A stretch of 63,356 nt of DNA, filler included, from Anaerolineae bacterium (GCA_029262755.1; 7 parts of 7 records of this genome joined end to end with filler, not necessarily neighbours in it), one strand, 5' to 3'; numbered from the whole stretch's first letter, positions 10,858-21,438 are shown. The notes: generated by a model not told the origin, from the sequence alone. Numbers and translations: made by a program.

Positions 10858-10959
10858 TGCAGCGTCTCCCCGGTCCGCGCTCTGCGCAGCTCTTGTCACG
10901 GCCAGGGTAATGGTGGCGGGACACGCGGGCAAGGGCACGACAGCCTATCCTTGGCCGCC

Positions 10960-12999
10960 ATGATTCCTACCCGCCCCGAGCCCGCCGGCAGCCTTCGTAT
11001 GCGCTTCGCCTTCGCCGCGATCGTCCTCGCCGCGTTCGCCCTGCGCGTGCTGGATCTCGGCGGCCCCAGCCTGTGGTACGACGAGCTGCTCGAGCTCGAA
11101 CGGGCGGAGTTGCCGTTGTGGGAGCTGCTGCGCGGCCGCGGCATCGACCAGGACCCGCCGCTCTGGTCGCTGCTGCTACGCGCGTGGTTGCAGGCCGTTG
11201 GCGCGACGGTGGGCGACACGGTGGGCGCGACGGTGGGAGACGCGGTGGGTGCTTGGTCGAGCGTGCAGTCGAGCGCTGCAGCGAGCGCTTGGTCGAGCGT
11301 GCAGTCGAGCGCGTTGTCGAGTGACCGGTTGGGCACCGCGTCGACCATCCCGCCGGGCGATTTCGGCGCCCGCCTGCCCTCCGTGTTTGCCGGCACACTC
11401 GCTGTCGCGCTCCTGGGCACGTGGGCGCGCAGGCTGTTCGGCCGCCGGATCGGCCTCCTCGCCGCGCTGCTCGCTGCATTGGCCCCCGTGCAGGTCCACT
11501 ACAGCCGCGAGGCGAACCAATACGCCGCGCTCCTGGCATGGACCGGCGCCGCGCTCTGGACGTGGGAGAACGTGCGCCGCCGCGGCGGCCGGCGCGCGTG
11601 GGCGGCGCATGCGGCGGTGAGCGCCGCGGCCATCGCCACCCACTACGGCCTTGTGTTCCCGCTGCTCGTGATGGGCATCGACCTCGCGCTGCGCACGCGC
11701 CGGCGCGGCGCCGGCACCGGTGGCGCCACCCGTGGCGCCATGGCTGACAGCGCCACCAGCGCGCCGCTCGCGAAGCGTGCCGTCGCGGCCTATGCAGCCC
11801 TGTGCGCGGCGCTTTGCGGCGCGCTGCTCGCCCTCGGGCTGGCGTCGCGGCTGGACATCGGCCACGTGCAGAAGCGCTTCGGCGGCACGCATCTGCAGAA
11901 GGAATGGGAGTACATCCTGGACGTCGGCTGGCGCGAGGTGCTGGTCTTCAACTGGCTGCCCTTCAGCGGCGGCCTCTCGCTCCCGATTGCCCGTGCGCTT
12001 TCGCTGCTCGCACTCGTGGGTGCGGTGCACCTATGGCGTCGCTTTCCAACAGGCCGACGCATCGTCGGCGGCCTCCTGGGCGGCCTGCTTGCGTTGACCT
12101 ACCTCACCAGCCTTTTCGGCCTCTACCCCCTCGGCTTCCGCCACGGCCTCTTCCTCAGCCCGCTGCTGCTGACGTGCCTCGCCGCGGGGATCGTGGTGGT
12201 GGGCGAGGGCGCGGCGCGGGTTGCGGCGGGGATGGGGGCGTGGGTGAGCAATCGGGTGGGGACCCGGGCGGAGACTTGGGCGATCGAACGGTCGGGAAGG
12301 CGGGCGATCAACCGGCGGGTCGGGCCCACCGGATCACGGCCGATCGCAAAGCACGCGCAACCAGAGCGCGCGATCGCCGCCTCGGTGTCCGGTCTGCTGG
12401 CGCTCACGACATGTGCGGCCTTCGTCTACTTCGCGCCGCACCAGCTGTGGCCCAGCCCCTGGCTACATGTCCCGCGCGAGGAGTTCCGGCCAGTGCTCGG
12501 CCGAGTCGCGGCGAGCCGGGCGCCCGGCGACCGCGCGTGGGTCTACCACGCGGCCGGGCCCGCGTTCCGCTGGTACGGCGGGGCATGGGAAGCGAACGCG
12601 GACGTCGCACCGGACGAACGGGGCGACGCGACGGGGCCGGAAGACGCGACGGGCCATGCGGATGCCGAGGGACGGGAACGTGACGTGCGCGACACGATGG
12701 CGACCGCCCAGCCTGCGTACGAGCAGGACTCGGCGCCGATCATCGGCCCCGCCGCGGTCCTCGACGGCCGCCCCTACGACAGCCTGGACACCGCATCGGT
12801 CGCCGCCGAAGCCGCCCGCATCGCAGACGCCGCCGGCGACGGGACGCGCGTCTGGCTCCTGTGGAGCCACGTCCAGGCGGCGGAGCACGCAGCGCTACTC
12901 GTCGCGCTCGACGACGCTGGGCTACGCGAGATCGCGGGCACGCGCATCACGGCGCGCGGAGCGATGGCGTGGGCGGTCGGGCGGGCGGTCGGGCGGTAG
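10960..12999 (+). CDS. GT-C fold membrane glycosyltransferase (GT39/ArnT/PMT-like)
   Basis: LRVLDLGGPSLWYDE (DE motif after TM1), DPPLW, ARLPSV, LAPVQVHYSREANQYA; many TM segments. Confidence 0.85.
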   Translation: MIPTRPEPAGSLRMRFAFAAIVLAAFALRVLDLGGPSLWYDELLELERAELPLWELLRGRGIDQDPPLWSLLLRAWLQAVGATVGDTVGATVGDAVGAWSSVQSSAAASAWSSVQSSALSSDRLGTASTIPPGDFGARLPSVFAGTLAVALLGTWARRLFGRRIGLLAALLAALAPVQVHYSREANQYAALLAWTGAALWTWENVRRRGGRRAWAAHAAVSAAAIATHYGLVFPLLVMGIDLALRTRRRGAGTGGATRGAMADSATSAPLAKRAVAAYAALCAALCGALLALGLASRLDIGHVQKRFGGTHLQKEWEYILDVGWREVLVFNWLPFSGGLSLPIARALSLLALVGAVHLWRRFPTGRRIVGGLLGGLLALTYLTSLFGLYPLGFRHGLFLSPLLLTCLAAGIVVVGEGAARVAAGMGAWVSNRVGTRAETWAIERSGRRAINRRVGPTGSRPIAKHAQPERAIAASVSGLLALTTCAAFVYFAPHQLWPSPWLHVPREEFRPVLGRVAASRAPGDRAWVYHAAGPAFRWYGGAWEANADVAPDERGDATGPEDATGHADAEGRERDVRDTMATAQPAYEQDSAPIIGPAAVLDGRPYDSLDTASVAAEAARIADAAGDGTRVWLLWSHVQAAEHAALLVALDDAGLREIAGTRITARGAMAWAVGRAVGR

Positions 13000-13114
13000 G
13001 GCGCTCGGGCGCTCGGGCGCTCGGGCGGATGGTCTGTCGAGCAGTAAGGCAGACCGGCTAGCGGTCGAGCAGTCGAGCAGTCGAGCAGGCGAGCAGGCGA
13101 GCAGGCGACCGGTC
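12971..13114. repeat. Degenerate 8-nt tandem repeat tract (GGGCGGTC / GGGCGCTC / GAGCAGTC / GAGCAGGC) between convergent genes
   Basis: Directly visible: GGGCGCTC x3, GAGCAGTC x2, GAGCAGGC x3 plus variants in the same register. Confidence 0.85.
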
Positions 13115-13131
13115 CGACGAGCTGCCGGCCG

Positions 13132-15975
13132 CTATCGCACGCGCTGTCGGCCTACGTTCGGTAGTGCGGTTGGTCGTGCGGTCGAACGACCAAATACCCA
13201 CCACGCGGCCGCTGCCAGAAGCCCCAACACGCTGATGATCAACCCGGTGCGCAGCGAGGTGGGGCGGTAGAGCAGGACGATCTCGCGCGTCGCGTCGGCG
13301 GCAGCGGCCCCGGCACCGTTGCTTGCACCGCCGTCGACACCGCCGCCGACACGGTCGCCGAAGATCGCCGGCAGTTGCAGCGGCAGCGGGAGCGCTTGGA
13401 TCGCGCCGTACGCGCGCAGCAGCGGGACGCGGCGGCCGTCGACGGTCGCGCGCCAACCCGCGTCCCAGGCCTCGGAGATCACGAGCCATCCACCGGCCGG
13501 CGCCGTGACATGCAGGACGCGGCGATCGGGCGCGCTCGTATCGATTTCGAGCAATGTACAGGCTGCGCCGGCTTCGTCACCGGGTCCGTCGCCGGCTTCG
13601 TCGCCGGGTCCGTCGTCGGCTTCGTCCCGCGCGAGCGGTGGGAGCGCGAATCCGCCGGACGTGGCGGGCTCCAGCACGAGCGCCGTCGCGGGATCGAAGT
13701 TCGCTGCGGCGACCCGCGTCAGCGCCGCGTCTTGGTCGGGCGCGTCGGTCGCGGCATCGGCCGGCATGCACCAGGCCTGGCCCAAGGGATCCGGCGCGCG
13801 GTGTACGACCAGGCCGTCGTCGCGGCCGATGGTCTCCAGGCTCAGCTCGCCGTCGTCGCCGTCTTGGGTCTTGCCGGCCAGCACGTAGCGTACGTTGAGC
13901 AGGCGTAGGAGGCGCTCGTCGGTGCCGCCCAGGGTGAACATGTTCTGGTTGAGCGGCAGGTAGGGGTTGTGGGGCGGGTCGCCCAGGGCCGCGAACACGG
14001 CACGCCAACTGTCGCGCACGGAGGAGCTGTAGCCGCCGAGCTCGTCGAGACCGAGGCTCGGTGCCACCGCGGGGCCGAGCAGGATCGGCTCGCCCGTCTG
14101 CAACACGGCCACCCGGAAGGGCGGGCCCGCGGCACGTTCGGCGGCCAGCTGCGCGAGCATGGGGCTGGGCGCGAAGGCGCGCTCGCGCGCGGGGCCCGGC
14201 GCCCAGGGGCGCGCGAAGGCCAGCAGGTCGATGGCGATCACCGCGAGCACCGCGGCTTGCGCGAGCCGGCTCTGCGGCCGGCGGAAGTAGGCGAGCAGGG
14301 TCCCGGTCGCGATAGCCAGCATGAGGGCGGCTCGCCCGGCGGCAACGCGGTATGCGGGGTCGAGGGATGCGGCGTTGAGGGACGCGGGGTCGAGGGTTCC
14401 GTCCGGGACATCGCCGGGGTTCGTGCCGAGTGAATCTCCCAGCAGCGCGCCCGGAACACCGTCCCGCCAGACAACCAGGGCCAGCGCGATCGCCAGCCCG
14501 GCGGCAATCACGATCAGCGCGCGGCGCAGACGCGGCAGGTCCTGCGGGCGTTCGCGCGGCGTGGCCAGCGCTACGGCCACGAGGGGCGCGAGCGCGAGAG
14601 GCCACACCGCCAGCCAGCGCATGAGGCCGAGCCGCTGGACAACCGGCAGCACCGCGAGCGGGCGCGCGAGCGGCGTGCCGAGCACGAGCGCCGCCACAAG
14701 CAGCGCGGGCAGCGCCAGGCGCCGCGCCGCGCCGTCGCGCCGCGCGAGGACGAGCGCGGCGGCGAGCAGGGCGGGCACGCCCACGTAGACGGCCATCTCG
14801 GCGGCGTTCTGCGTGCCGCGCCACGGTCCGGCGGCAGCGCCGATTCCCGGGCCACCCAACCAGCCAGGCGCGATGGCGGTGATCAGGTGGCGCGTCGGAA
14901 GGCCCGTCAGGCGCAGGACGTCCCAGGTCAGCACCGGGCGTACGGTCTCGCGCGCCTGGGCGAGCGCGGGCAGGAGGTGGACGGCGCCGATCGCCGCGCC
15001 GAAGCCGGCCATCACGAGTCCCGCGCGCAGCCCGCGTGCACGGCGCGCCGGAGCGAAGCCGACCATGCGCACGAGGGCGATCGCGGCCAGGACGAGCGCG
15101 CCCTCCAACAAAAACTGCAGCTGCCCGCCGGCGATCGCGGCGGCCAGCGCCAGCCCGCCGGCCAACGTCGCCCGCCGATCGCCCGTGCGCGCCGCGCGCT
15201 CCCACGCGGCGGCGGCCGCGGGCAGCCACAGCAGGGTGCCGGCGAAGGGCAGATAGCTCTGCCACACAAGGTGGTAGCCGGCGAGCTGCCAGGCGAGCGC
15301 GGCCGCCAACGGCGCGAAGCGCGAATCGACCAGCTGCCGCAGCCACAGCCAGGCAAAGAGGCCGGCCAGCCACAGCTGCAGCAAGCGTTGCAGGTCGTAG
15401 GCGCGCAGGGCGTCGGGCCACAGCGTCGAGAGCAGGTGCAACGGCGCCCACGGGGCGACGTGTGTATCGCCCGCCAGCGGATGACCGGCCATCGTGGCGG
15501 GATCCCAGACCGGCGGGCGGCCGGCACGCACGGCGCGGCGCACCGCCAAGCGGGCGGAGAACTGCAGCACGGAATCGCCCAGCTGCGGGTTCTCGGGCGG
15601 CATCGCGGTCTCGTGCCACGGCGCGAAGAGCCCGAGCACGTCCACCGGCAAGCTCGTGCGACCGGGCAGCAGGCCCGGCCCGACGGCCAGCGCGGCGGTG
15701 AGCAGGAGCAGCAGGACGGGGGCGGCGAGGTGGGGCTGGAAGCGCGGGATTGCGGGAGGCGTGGGGTCGGAGGGGGGCGCGGGGTCCGCGGCGGGGGAGC
15801 GAGCGTTGGCGGCGTTATGGGCCGGCAGCGATGTACCGGCCGGGGCCTCGGTCGAGCTCGCGGAGCGGGTCGAGAATAGGGTCCCAGAGGAGGTCGCGAC
15901 GGGGGTTCCAGATGCGTTCGCGGTTGCGATCACGTCCGCAGTCTCGGTCGCCGCAGGTTCCGGCTTGCCCATCAT
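13132..15975 (-). CDS. YfhO-family membrane protein (GT-C-like)
   Basis: GRPPVWDPATMAGHPLAGD near the N-terminus; WLVISEAWDAGWRATVDG...IVLLYRPTSLRTGLIIS C-terminal signature; start uncertain. Confidence 0.82.
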   Translation of the reverse strand: MMGKPEPAATETADVIATANASGTPVATSSGTLFSTRSASSTEAPAGTSLPAHNAANARSPAADPAPPSDPTPPAIPRFQPHLAAPVLLLLLTAALAVGPGLLPGRTSLPVDVLGLFAPWHETAMPPENPQLGDSVLQFSARLAVRRAVRAGRPPVWDPATMAGHPLAGDTHVAPWAPLHLLSTLWPDALRAYDLQRLLQLWLAGLFAWLWLRQLVDSRFAPLAAALAWQLAGYHLVWQSYLPFAGTLLWLPAAAAAWERAARTGDRRATLAGGLALAAAIAGGQLQFLLEGALVLAAIALVRMVGFAPARRARGLRAGLVMAGFGAAIGAVHLLPALAQARETVRPVLTWDVLRLTGLPTRHLITAIAPGWLGGPGIGAAAGPWRGTQNAAEMAVYVGVPALLAAALVLARRDGAARRLALPALLVAALVLGTPLARPLAVLPVVQRLGLMRWLAVWPLALAPLVAVALATPRERPQDLPRLRRALIVIAAGLAIALALVVWRDGVPGALLGDSLGTNPGDVPDGTLDPASLNAASLDPAYRVAAGRAALMLAIATGTLLAYFRRPQSRLAQAAVLAVIAIDLLAFARPWAPGPARERAFAPSPMLAQLAAERAAGPPFRVAVLQTGEPILLGPAVAPSLGLDELGGYSSSVRDSWRAVFAALGDPPHNPYLPLNQNMFTLGGTDERLLRLLNVRYVLAGKTQDGDDGELSLETIGRDDGLVVHRAPDPLGQAWCMPADAATDAPDQDAALTRVAAANFDPATALVLEPATSGGFALPPLARDEADDGPGDEAGDGPGDEAGAACTLLEIDTSAPDRRVLHVTAPAGGWLVISEAWDAGWRATVDGRRVPLLRAYGAIQALPLPLQLPAIFGDRVGGGVDGGASNGAGAAAADATREIVLLYRPTSLRTGLIISVLGLLAAAAWWVFGRSTARPTALPNVGRQRVR

Positions 15976-15985
15976 GCCGCCCAGT

Positions 15986-17299
15986 TCAGGAGCCGGAAGC
16001 CGCCAGGCCCTCGGTCCGGCCGTCGCGACCTTCGCGGCCGTCGCGATCGTCACGGCCCTCTGCTTTGCCGTCGTTCTTGGCGACGTTCTTCTCGCCGGCC
16101 TTCAGATCGGTCGTGGGGTCGACGGCGGATCCGCCCGTGCTCGCGCCTTCGCCGGTGACAGCGGTCGCCGGCGGTTCCGTGGCGACTACGGCTTGCGCGG
16201 TGGGGATGCCGGGTAGCGGGCCGACCGGGTGCGGGAGCGCGCCTTCGCGCCAGGGGTCGATGCCCAGGATGCGGCAGCGGAGGTAGCGGCCGATCACGAT
16301 GGCGGTGGCCAGCAAGGGCACGATCATGATGGCCAGGAGCACGCCGGACAGGGTCAGGGCGGTGAAGAAGGCGACGAAGACGACGCCCGGGTGCATGCGT
16401 ACGCTGTAGCCGAGGATGCGTGGGCGCAGCCAGAGGTTTTCAACCAGCTGCACGGCGAAGAAGATGCCCAAGATGATCACCGCGAAGGCAGCGTTGCTGA
16501 CGGGCAGGAAATTGGAGCCCGCCACCCAGGCCACGGCGGCGGCGATCACCATGGCCACCCACGGGCCGAGCGTGGGGATGATGTCGAGTACGCCGGCGAT
16601 CAGGCCCAGGACCAGGGCGCCGGGCAGGCCGACCGCGAAGGCGCCGATGCCGCTGAGCAGCCCGACGAAGAGCATCAGCAGCAGCTGGCCGCGTAGGAAA
16701 CGCTGCCAGACCTGGCGGATCTGGGCATAGAGGCGGTTGAGGTCCGGCTGCGCGTTGGACGGCGCAAGGCCGATACCCCAGGTGCGTAGACGGGCCCAGT
16801 CTTTGAGGAAGTAGAACGTGGCCACGAGGCTCACCAGGGTCCACGCCGCGTTGGCGGTGAGGGATTGCGCGGTGAGCAGCAGGTTGTTGACGTTCAGCCA
16901 GCGCTCGACCCGCTCTTGAAGCTGCGCGGACAGGGCCTCCAGCTGCAGGTCGATGCCGAGCGCGGCCTCGACTTGGCGGTCGATGGTGTCCAGCTCGCCC
17001 ATCGACCCCACGAGGCCGGCCACGACCTCGTTGAAGCCCGGACGGGCGATGATCGCCAGCGCGATGCCGATGATCAGCCCGACCGCGCCGAAGAAGACGA
17101 TCGATGCGGCGGGGCCGCGCCGGATCCGGCCCTTCTCGACGACGATGTCCACCAGGGGGTTGAGCAGGTAGGCCAGGAAGCCCGCGATGACCAGTGGCCG
17201 GAACATGGGCCGAATCACCCATAGGAACCACGCGCCCGCGATCGCCAGGATCACGAGCACGACGATTCGGGTGATGCGGTTCCAGTCGCGGGCGGCCAT
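15986..17299 (-). CDS. AI-2E (PerM) family transporter
   Basis: LAYLLNPLVD, FYFLKD, FLRGQL, IIPTLGP, QLVENLWLRPRILG..MHP motifs. Confidence 0.93.
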   Translation of the reverse strand: MAARDWNRITRIVVLVILAIAGAWFLWVIRPMFRPLVIAGFLAYLLNPLVDIVVEKGRIRRGPAASIVFFGAVGLIIGIALAIIARPGFNEVVAGLVGSMGELDTIDRQVEAALGIDLQLEALSAQLQERVERWLNVNNLLLTAQSLTANAAWTLVSLVATFYFLKDWARLRTWGIGLAPSNAQPDLNRLYAQIRQVWQRFLRGQLLLMLFVGLLSGIGAFAVGLPGALVLGLIAGVLDIIPTLGPWVAMVIAAAVAWVAGSNFLPVSNAAFAVIILGIFFAVQLVENLWLRPRILGYSVRMHPGVVFVAFFTALTLSGVLLAIMIVPLLATAIVIGRYLRCRILGIDPWREGALPHPVGPLPGIPTAQAVVATEPPATAVTGEGASTGGSAVDPTTDLKAGEKNVAKNDGKAEGRDDRDGREGRDGRTEGLAASGS

Positions 17300-17471
17300 A
17301 CGGTCGCTCTTCCATGGGTGCGCTAGAGACGTTGACGGCGATGAGGGCCCAAGGGGGAGCCGGTGGGAAGCCCTACCTCCGATGATACATGACGCACGGA
17401 AGCGGCGTGGGGAGATGCCTGGGTTTCAAGCGCCTCGGCCGGAAGAGCTTCACGCTCGACCGGTCGAGCCG

Positions 17472-18461
17472 CTACTCGGAGTCCGCGTAGCCGTGCGGGT
17501 GGCTCTGATGCCACGCCCAGGCGCTAGCCATGATGTCCTCGAGCTTCGGATGGCGCGGCGCCCAACCTAGATCGCGGCGCAGCGCGTCAGACGACGCGAT
17601 CAACGTCGCGGGATCGCCCGGTCGGCGGGGTCCGACGATGCTCGGGATCGGATGTCCGGTCACCTTGCGTGCCGTCTCGATCACCTCGAGCACCGTGTAG
17701 CCCTCGCCGTTGCCGATGTTGTAGCGGCTGCTGCCGCGCTCATCCAAGGCGCCCAGCGCCAGGATGTGCGCCTGCGCAAGATCGAGCACGTGGACGTAGT
17801 CGCGCACGCACGTGCCGTCGCGGGTGGGGTAGTCGTCCCCGAAGATCGAGATGTGGTCGCGCTGCCCAAGGGCCACCTGCAGCACGAGCGGAATGAGGTG
17901 CGTCTCGGGATCGTGGTCCTCGCCGCGCCCGGGCGTGTCGCCGCAGGCGTTGAAGTAGCGCAGGGCCGTATAGCGCATACCGTGCACACGCTCCATCCAG
18001 TGCAGCAGCCGCTCGATCATCGCCTTGCTCTCGCCGTAGGGCGATCCGGGCACGATCCGCTCATCCTCGGCAATCGGCATGCGCTCCGGATCGTCGAAGA
18101 GGTTGGCCGTGGAAGAGAGGATGAAGCGCTCCACCCCGTTCGCCGCCGCCGCCTCCAGCAGGTTGGCGGCGTTCACCACGTTGTCGCGCAGGTACAGGAA
18201 GGGCTTCTCCATGCTCTCGCCGACCAAGGTGTAGCTCGCAAAGTGCATGATCCCGTCGATGCCGGGGTGCTCCGCGAAGAGCCGCGCGAGCGCCCCCCGA
18301 TCCGCCAGGTCCGCCTCGACAAACGTGGCCTCGGGCGGCACGGCGGCGCGATGCCCCTGGTACAGGTTGTCGAGCACGATCACCTCATGCCCCGCGGCAA
18401 GCAGCTCCGCCGACGTGATGCTGCCGATGTACCCGGCGCCGCCGGTGACGAGGACCTTCAT
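17472..18461 (-). CDS. galE: UDP-glucose 4-epimerase
   Basis: [47 protein letters not shown]. Confidence 0.96.
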   Translation of the reverse strand: MKVLVTGGAGYIGSITSAELLAAGHEVIVLDNLYQGHRAAVPPEATFVEADLADRGALARLFAEHPGIDGIMHFASYTLVGESMEKPFLYLRDNVVNAANLLEAAAANGVERFILSSTANLFDDPERMPIAEDERIVPGSPYGESKAMIERLLHWMERVHGMRYTALRYFNACGDTPGRGEDHDPETHLIPLVLQVALGQRDHISIFGDDYPTRDGTCVRDYVHVLDLAQAHILALGALDERGSSRYNIGNGEGYTVLEVIETARKVTGHPIPSIVGPRRPGDPATLIASSDALRRDLGWAPRHPKLEDIMASAWAWHQSHPHGYADSE

Positions 18462-18602
18462 GGGCTCTGGCTCCTGGAGGGATGGGCGCTGCGCGCTGCG
18501 CGNNNNNNNNNNNNNNNNNNNNNNNNNNNNNNNNNNNNNNNNNNNNTTAATTAATTAANNNNNNNNNNNNNNNNNNNNNNNNNNNNNNNNNNNNNNNNNN
18601 NN

Positions 18603-19721
18603 GTGGTGCTCGTCGTGCGCGGCGGCGACGAGGACCCCGTGTTGCTCCCGATCCTGCTCTTGCTCGGCGGTCTCGGGCTCGGCTTCGGGCGCCGGCTTGC
18701 TCCGGCGTTGGCCGCTCGCCAGCAGCTGTTTGTCTTCGGGGGCGTTGCGCTCGTGTTGCTTGCGCTACTGGTTCCCGGTGACCTTCGAAGATTGCGCCGA
18801 TTCCGCTACAGCGCCGCCGGTCTCGGCGTCGTGCTGGTGGGGCTGACCTTTTTCGCGGGCCACGCCGCCGCGCAGGGTGGACCGCGTCTATGGCTGGGGG
18901 TCGGTCCGATTGCCTTTCAACCGGCCGAGGCGCTCAAGCCATTGCTCGTGATCTTTCTTGCGGGCTACATCGCGGAACGAAGCGATGTACTCCGCGATGG
19001 TGGACGCCGGCTGTTGCGGGTGCGATTGCCCGTCGCCTATCTTGCGCCGGCCGTTGTCGTGGTCGGCTCCGCACTAGCGCTACTGGCCGGTCAAGGTGAC
19101 CTGGGAGCCGCGCTGCTGCTGGTTCTCGTCGCGCTCACCATGCTCTACCTCGGAATCGGGCGCGGCGATCTGGTGCTGGTGGGCATCGCACTATTCGCTG
19201 TTGGCGCATGGTGGCTGCACGGGCATGTGCCCATCGTCCAAGCACGCACGGCCCTGTGGCTCAACCCGTGGAGCGAAGCGAGCGGCGGCGGCTTCCAGCT
19301 CATTCAATCCGTCATGGCCCTTGGCGCGGGCGGTGTGATGGGCGCCGGTCTAGGTCAAGGACTTCCGACGGCGATTCCGGCCGTCCACACCGACTTCGTC
19401 TATGCCGCCATCGTCGAAGAACTGGGGCTAGCCGGTGCAGGGGCGGTGCTTGCGACCTACGGCCTGCTGATGGTCCGCGGGCTGCGGATCGCGAGCCGGG
19501 CGCGCAGCCGCTTCGAGTCGCTGCTCGCCGCAGGACTTACGATCGCATTGGTTACACAGGCGCTGGTGATCGTTGCCGGCGACGTGCGGCTCATGCCGCT
19601 GACCGGCATCACGCTGCCCTTCATCGCCCATGGCGGATCGTCCATGCTCGTAAGCGCCGCATCGATCGGTATATTGCTGCGGATCAGTGGTGAACCCCGA
19701 ACGAAAGGCCGATGGGCATGA
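18603..19721 (+). CDS. SEDS peptidoglycan polymerase (RodA/FtsW family), 5'-truncated
   Basis: FQPAEALK, DLG, HTDFVYAAIVEELG, PLTGITLPFIAHGGSS; translationally coupled to a class B PBP. Confidence 0.95.
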   Translation: MVLVVRGGDEDPVLLPILLLLGGLGLGFGRRLAPALAARQQLFVFGGVALVLLALLVPGDLRRLRRFRYSAAGLGVVLVGLTFFAGHAAAQGGPRLWLGVGPIAFQPAEALKPLLVIFLAGYIAERSDVLRDGGRRLLRVRLPVAYLAPAVVVVGSALALLAGQGDLGAALLLVLVALTMLYLGIGRGDLVLVGIALFAVGAWWLHGHVPIVQARTALWLNPWSEASGGGFQLIQSVMALGAGGVMGAGLGQGLPTAIPAVHTDFVYAAIVEELGLAGAGAVLATYGLLMVRGLRIASRARSRFESLLAAGLTIALVTQALVIVAGDVRLMPLTGITLPFIAHGGSSMLVSAASIGILLRISGEPRTKGRWA

Positions 19722-21205
19722 GCGTTGATCGGCCGGGCGACAGGGCATTTGCCCGCAGAGCGGCCCGCGTCGCCTTGCTGGGTTGGATGCTCCTCGGCTC
19801 CGCGACGGCCATGACGTTCTTCTGGGGCTTCGTGCGCGCGCCAGCGCTCCAGGCGCGTTCCGAGAATCCGCGTCGATGGGCCGCCGACCGTGAGACGCGG
19901 CGCGGTCGCATCTTGGACCGGCACGATCGCGCGCTGGCCGAAACGGGATTCGACGCGGTGGGCGAACCCCTGCGGCACTATCCCTTCCCGGCAGCGGCGC
20001 CCGTCGTGGGCTACCAAACCTGGCGCTATGGCGCGGGTGCGCGCGTGGGCGCAAGCTACGGCGCGGGCGGCGCGGAAGCCGCCTACGACGAGGCGTTGCG
20101 CGGCGACCTGGGGCGGCCGGCCTCCGATCTGCTCGCAACCCGCGTCCTCGGCCGGCCCCTGCAAGGGCACGACATCGTCTTGACTTTGGATGGAGCACTG
20201 CAAGCACGCGCGGCCGCTTTGCTTGCCGCGGCAAGCGCGGAGGGCGCCGCCGTCGTGCTCGACGTCGCGGACGGCGCCGTGCGGGCGCTGGTCAGCATAC
20301 CCACCTTCGATGCAGCCGCGCTCGACCGGGGCGCGATCGACGGCGACGACCCTTCGCAGCCCTTGCTCAACCGCGCGACCCAAGGCCTGTACCCACCGGG
20401 ATCGACGTGGAAGGCCGTGACGCTGGGTTCCGCGCTCACGTTCGGCCTTGCGGCGCCCGATGACATGGTGGATGACGGCGACACGAGCGAAGCGTTCGAC
20501 GGCTTCCGCGTGGCCTGCGACAACAACCCGCCCGGCGTTCGTCGTTTCGATCTGGCCCACGCGTTCGCCTACTCCTGCAATCTCACCTTTGCACGGCTCG
20601 GCGTGGCGCTAGGAGAGGATCGTCAGCGCGAGCATGCGCGGGCGGCCGGCATCGACAGACCCGTACCGTTCCGGCTGCCGACCGTCGCGGGCCAGCTTGA
20701 CGCGGACCGGCGGATGGGGACGGCCGAGTTGGCCAGCGCGGGATTCGGGCAGGGAGAAGTGTTGGTCACGCCCTTGCATATGGCCGTGCTCACCGCGGCG
20801 ATCGCCGGCGACGGGCGCTTGCGCCGACCGTGGTTGCTCGCGGATGTTCCGGGTGTGCGCTGGCGCTCGCTGCGCGACGAACGTGGCACGTGGGGTCGCG
20901 CAATGTCGGCGGGAACCGCGGCGCAGGTGCGCGGCGCGATGGTGCTCGCCGCCGCGGAAGGTTGGGCAGGCCCGCACATGGCGGCCACACAGCCCGACGC
21001 GTACACGACGTTCGGCGCAAAGACGGGCACCGCGGAACTGGATGTCGGGCGGCCCCACGCATGGACGATCGCGTTCGCGCCGGCCGATCGGCCGCGTGTC
21101 GCCGTCGCCGTGCTCGTTGCCCATGGCGGAAAGGGCGCTGAAGTCGCGGCGCCGATCGCGGCGGAGCTCTTGGAGCAGGCGCTTCGGACAAGCAATTCGC
21201 CGTAG
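19718..21205 (+). CDS. Class B penicillin-binding protein (PbpA-like transpeptidase)
   Basis: RRGRILDR; YPPGSTWK (SxxK), YSCN (SxN), AKTGT (KTG); ATGA overlap with the SEDS gene stop. Confidence 0.94.
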   Translation: MSVDRPGDRAFARRAARVALLGWMLLGSATAMTFFWGFVRAPALQARSENPRRWAADRETRRGRILDRHDRALAETGFDAVGEPLRHYPFPAAAPVVGYQTWRYGAGARVGASYGAGGAEAAYDEALRGDLGRPASDLLATRVLGRPLQGHDIVLTLDGALQARAAALLAAASAEGAAVVLDVADGAVRALVSIPTFDAAALDRGAIDGDDPSQPLLNRATQGLYPPGSTWKAVTLGSALTFGLAAPDDMVDDGDTSEAFDGFRVACDNNPPGVRRFDLAHAFAYSCNLTFARLGVALGEDRQREHARAAGIDRPVPFRLPTVAGQLDADRRMGTAELASAGFGQGEVLVTPLHMAVLTAAIAGDGRLRRPWLLADVPGVRWRSLRDERGTWGRAMSAGTAAQVRGAMVLAAAEGWAGPHMAATQPDAYTTFGAKTGTAELDVGRPHAWTIAFAPADRPRVAVAVLVAHGGKGAEVAAPIAAELLEQALRTSNSP

Positions 21206-21438
21206 CGTGGCGATCGCACGGACGAGAGAATAGTCGGCGGCCGGGTCGTGGGTGACTACAATGGGCCCCGGCGCGTGGCGGACGTCCGGGCTACGCGAAT
21301 TGCGGCCCGTGCCGGGGTGCGTCGAGGCAACTCGTGAACGCTCGTCGGAACGAGGCGAACCCGAGCACCACCATCGCGGGAGGGCCAACGCAGAACTCCC
21401 CGCGTATCGGCGGCACTACGAACTCGAAGGAGGCTGAC

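Noticed and set aside
13577..15619. Long alternative-frame and antisense ORFs (e.g. 680 aa here, 536 aa at 21849-23459, 581 aa at 57463-59208)
   Set aside because: Shadow ORFs expected in high-GC DNA; they overlap well-supported genes and show no family motifs.
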